Positions 63,293 through 64,000 of a DNA stretch of 64,000 nucleotides are shown piece by piece. The stretch covers positions 1 through 64,000 of the forward strand of contig JAUCBJ010008813.1 in NCBI GenBank assembly GCA_032718475.1, in the 5' to 3' direction. The translations under genes and the position numbers were made by a program. A model generated the notes under the pieces. That model saw only the letters and a list, made by a program, of their open reading frames with translations, searched no databases and had not been told where the DNA came from. Numbering within the stretch: position 1 is the stretch's first letter; each line of letters opens with the position of its first letter. The stretch comes from Nemertoderma westbladi (Eukaryota > Animalia > Xenacoelomorpha).

Positions 63293-64000
63293 GTAAGTTT
63301 ATCTGTAGAGAGACTTAGAGAGATCGTTGTAAGTTTATCTGTAGAGAGACTTAGAGAGATCGTTGTAAGTTTATCTGTAGAGAGACTTAGAGAGATCGTT
63401 GTAAGTTTATCTGTAGAGACTTAGAGATATCGTTGTAAGTTTATCTGTAGAGAGACTTAGAGAGATCGTTGTAAGTTTATCTGTAGAGACTTAGAGAGAT
63501 CGTTGTAAGTTTATCTGTAGAGAGACTTAGATAGATCGTTGTAAGTTTATCTGTAGAGACTTAGATAGATCGTTGTAAGTTTATCTGTAGAGAGACTTAG
63601 AGAGATCGTTGTAAGATTATCTGTAGAGAGACTTAGAGAGATCGTTGTAAGTTTATCTGTAGAGAGACTTAGAGAGATCGTTGTAAGTTTATCTGTAGAG
63701 AGACTTAGAGAGATCGTTGTAAGTTTATCTGTAGAGAGACTTAGAGAGATCGTTGTAAGTTTATCTGTAGAGAGACTTAGAGAGATCGTTGTAAGTTTAT
63801 CTGTAGAGACTTAGAGAGATCGTTGTAAGTTTATCTGTAGAGAGACTTAGAGAGATCGTTGTAAGTTTATCTGTAGAGAGACTTAGAGAGATCGTTGTAA
63901 GTTTATCTGTAGAGACTTAGAGAGATCGTTGTAAGTTTATCTGTAGAGAGACTTAGATAGATCGTTGTAAGTTTATCTGTAGAGACTTAGATAGATCGTT
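63283..64000. repeat. 36/34-bp minisatellite containing the exon-4 donor site, ~20 copies, runs off the window
   Basis: Unit AGAGATCGTT|GTAAGTTTATCTGTAGAGAGACTTAG. Confidence 0.97.

Overview
AT-rich, intron- and repeat-rich metazoan (invertebrate-like) genomic DNA; the taxon cannot be determined from the sequence. Two host genes lie on the + strand. (1) The 3' part of a multi-ShKT-domain gene: 7 exons from 122 to 28584, all joined by phase-1 introns, six ShKT domains, the last split by a 19.3-kb intron full of nested transposons. (2) The first four coding exons of Enhancer of polycomb (EPC1/E(Pc), from 42404); its intron 2 holds a ~16-kb 63-bp satellite that appears to have grown inside a tRNA-derived SINE, and its exon-4 splice donor is tandemly repeated ~20 times. 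The main mobile elements are a ~11.4-kb decayed BEL/Pao LTR retrotransposon (11534-22913, minus strand) and an IS3EU-like DNA transposon carrying SAM/HECT-like cargo whose left end is locally inverted. The best candidate for an undescribed system is the BEL/Pao element: in frame after integrase, where env would sit, it carries a WRN/EXD/Mut-7-type DEDDy 3'-5' exonuclease-like domain followed by a zinc-knuckle ORF. RTE/CR1-like LINE fragments, pogo, mariner-like and Academ-like remnants, several MITEs and minisatellites fill the rest. All family assignments come from motif recognition by eye, not from database searches.
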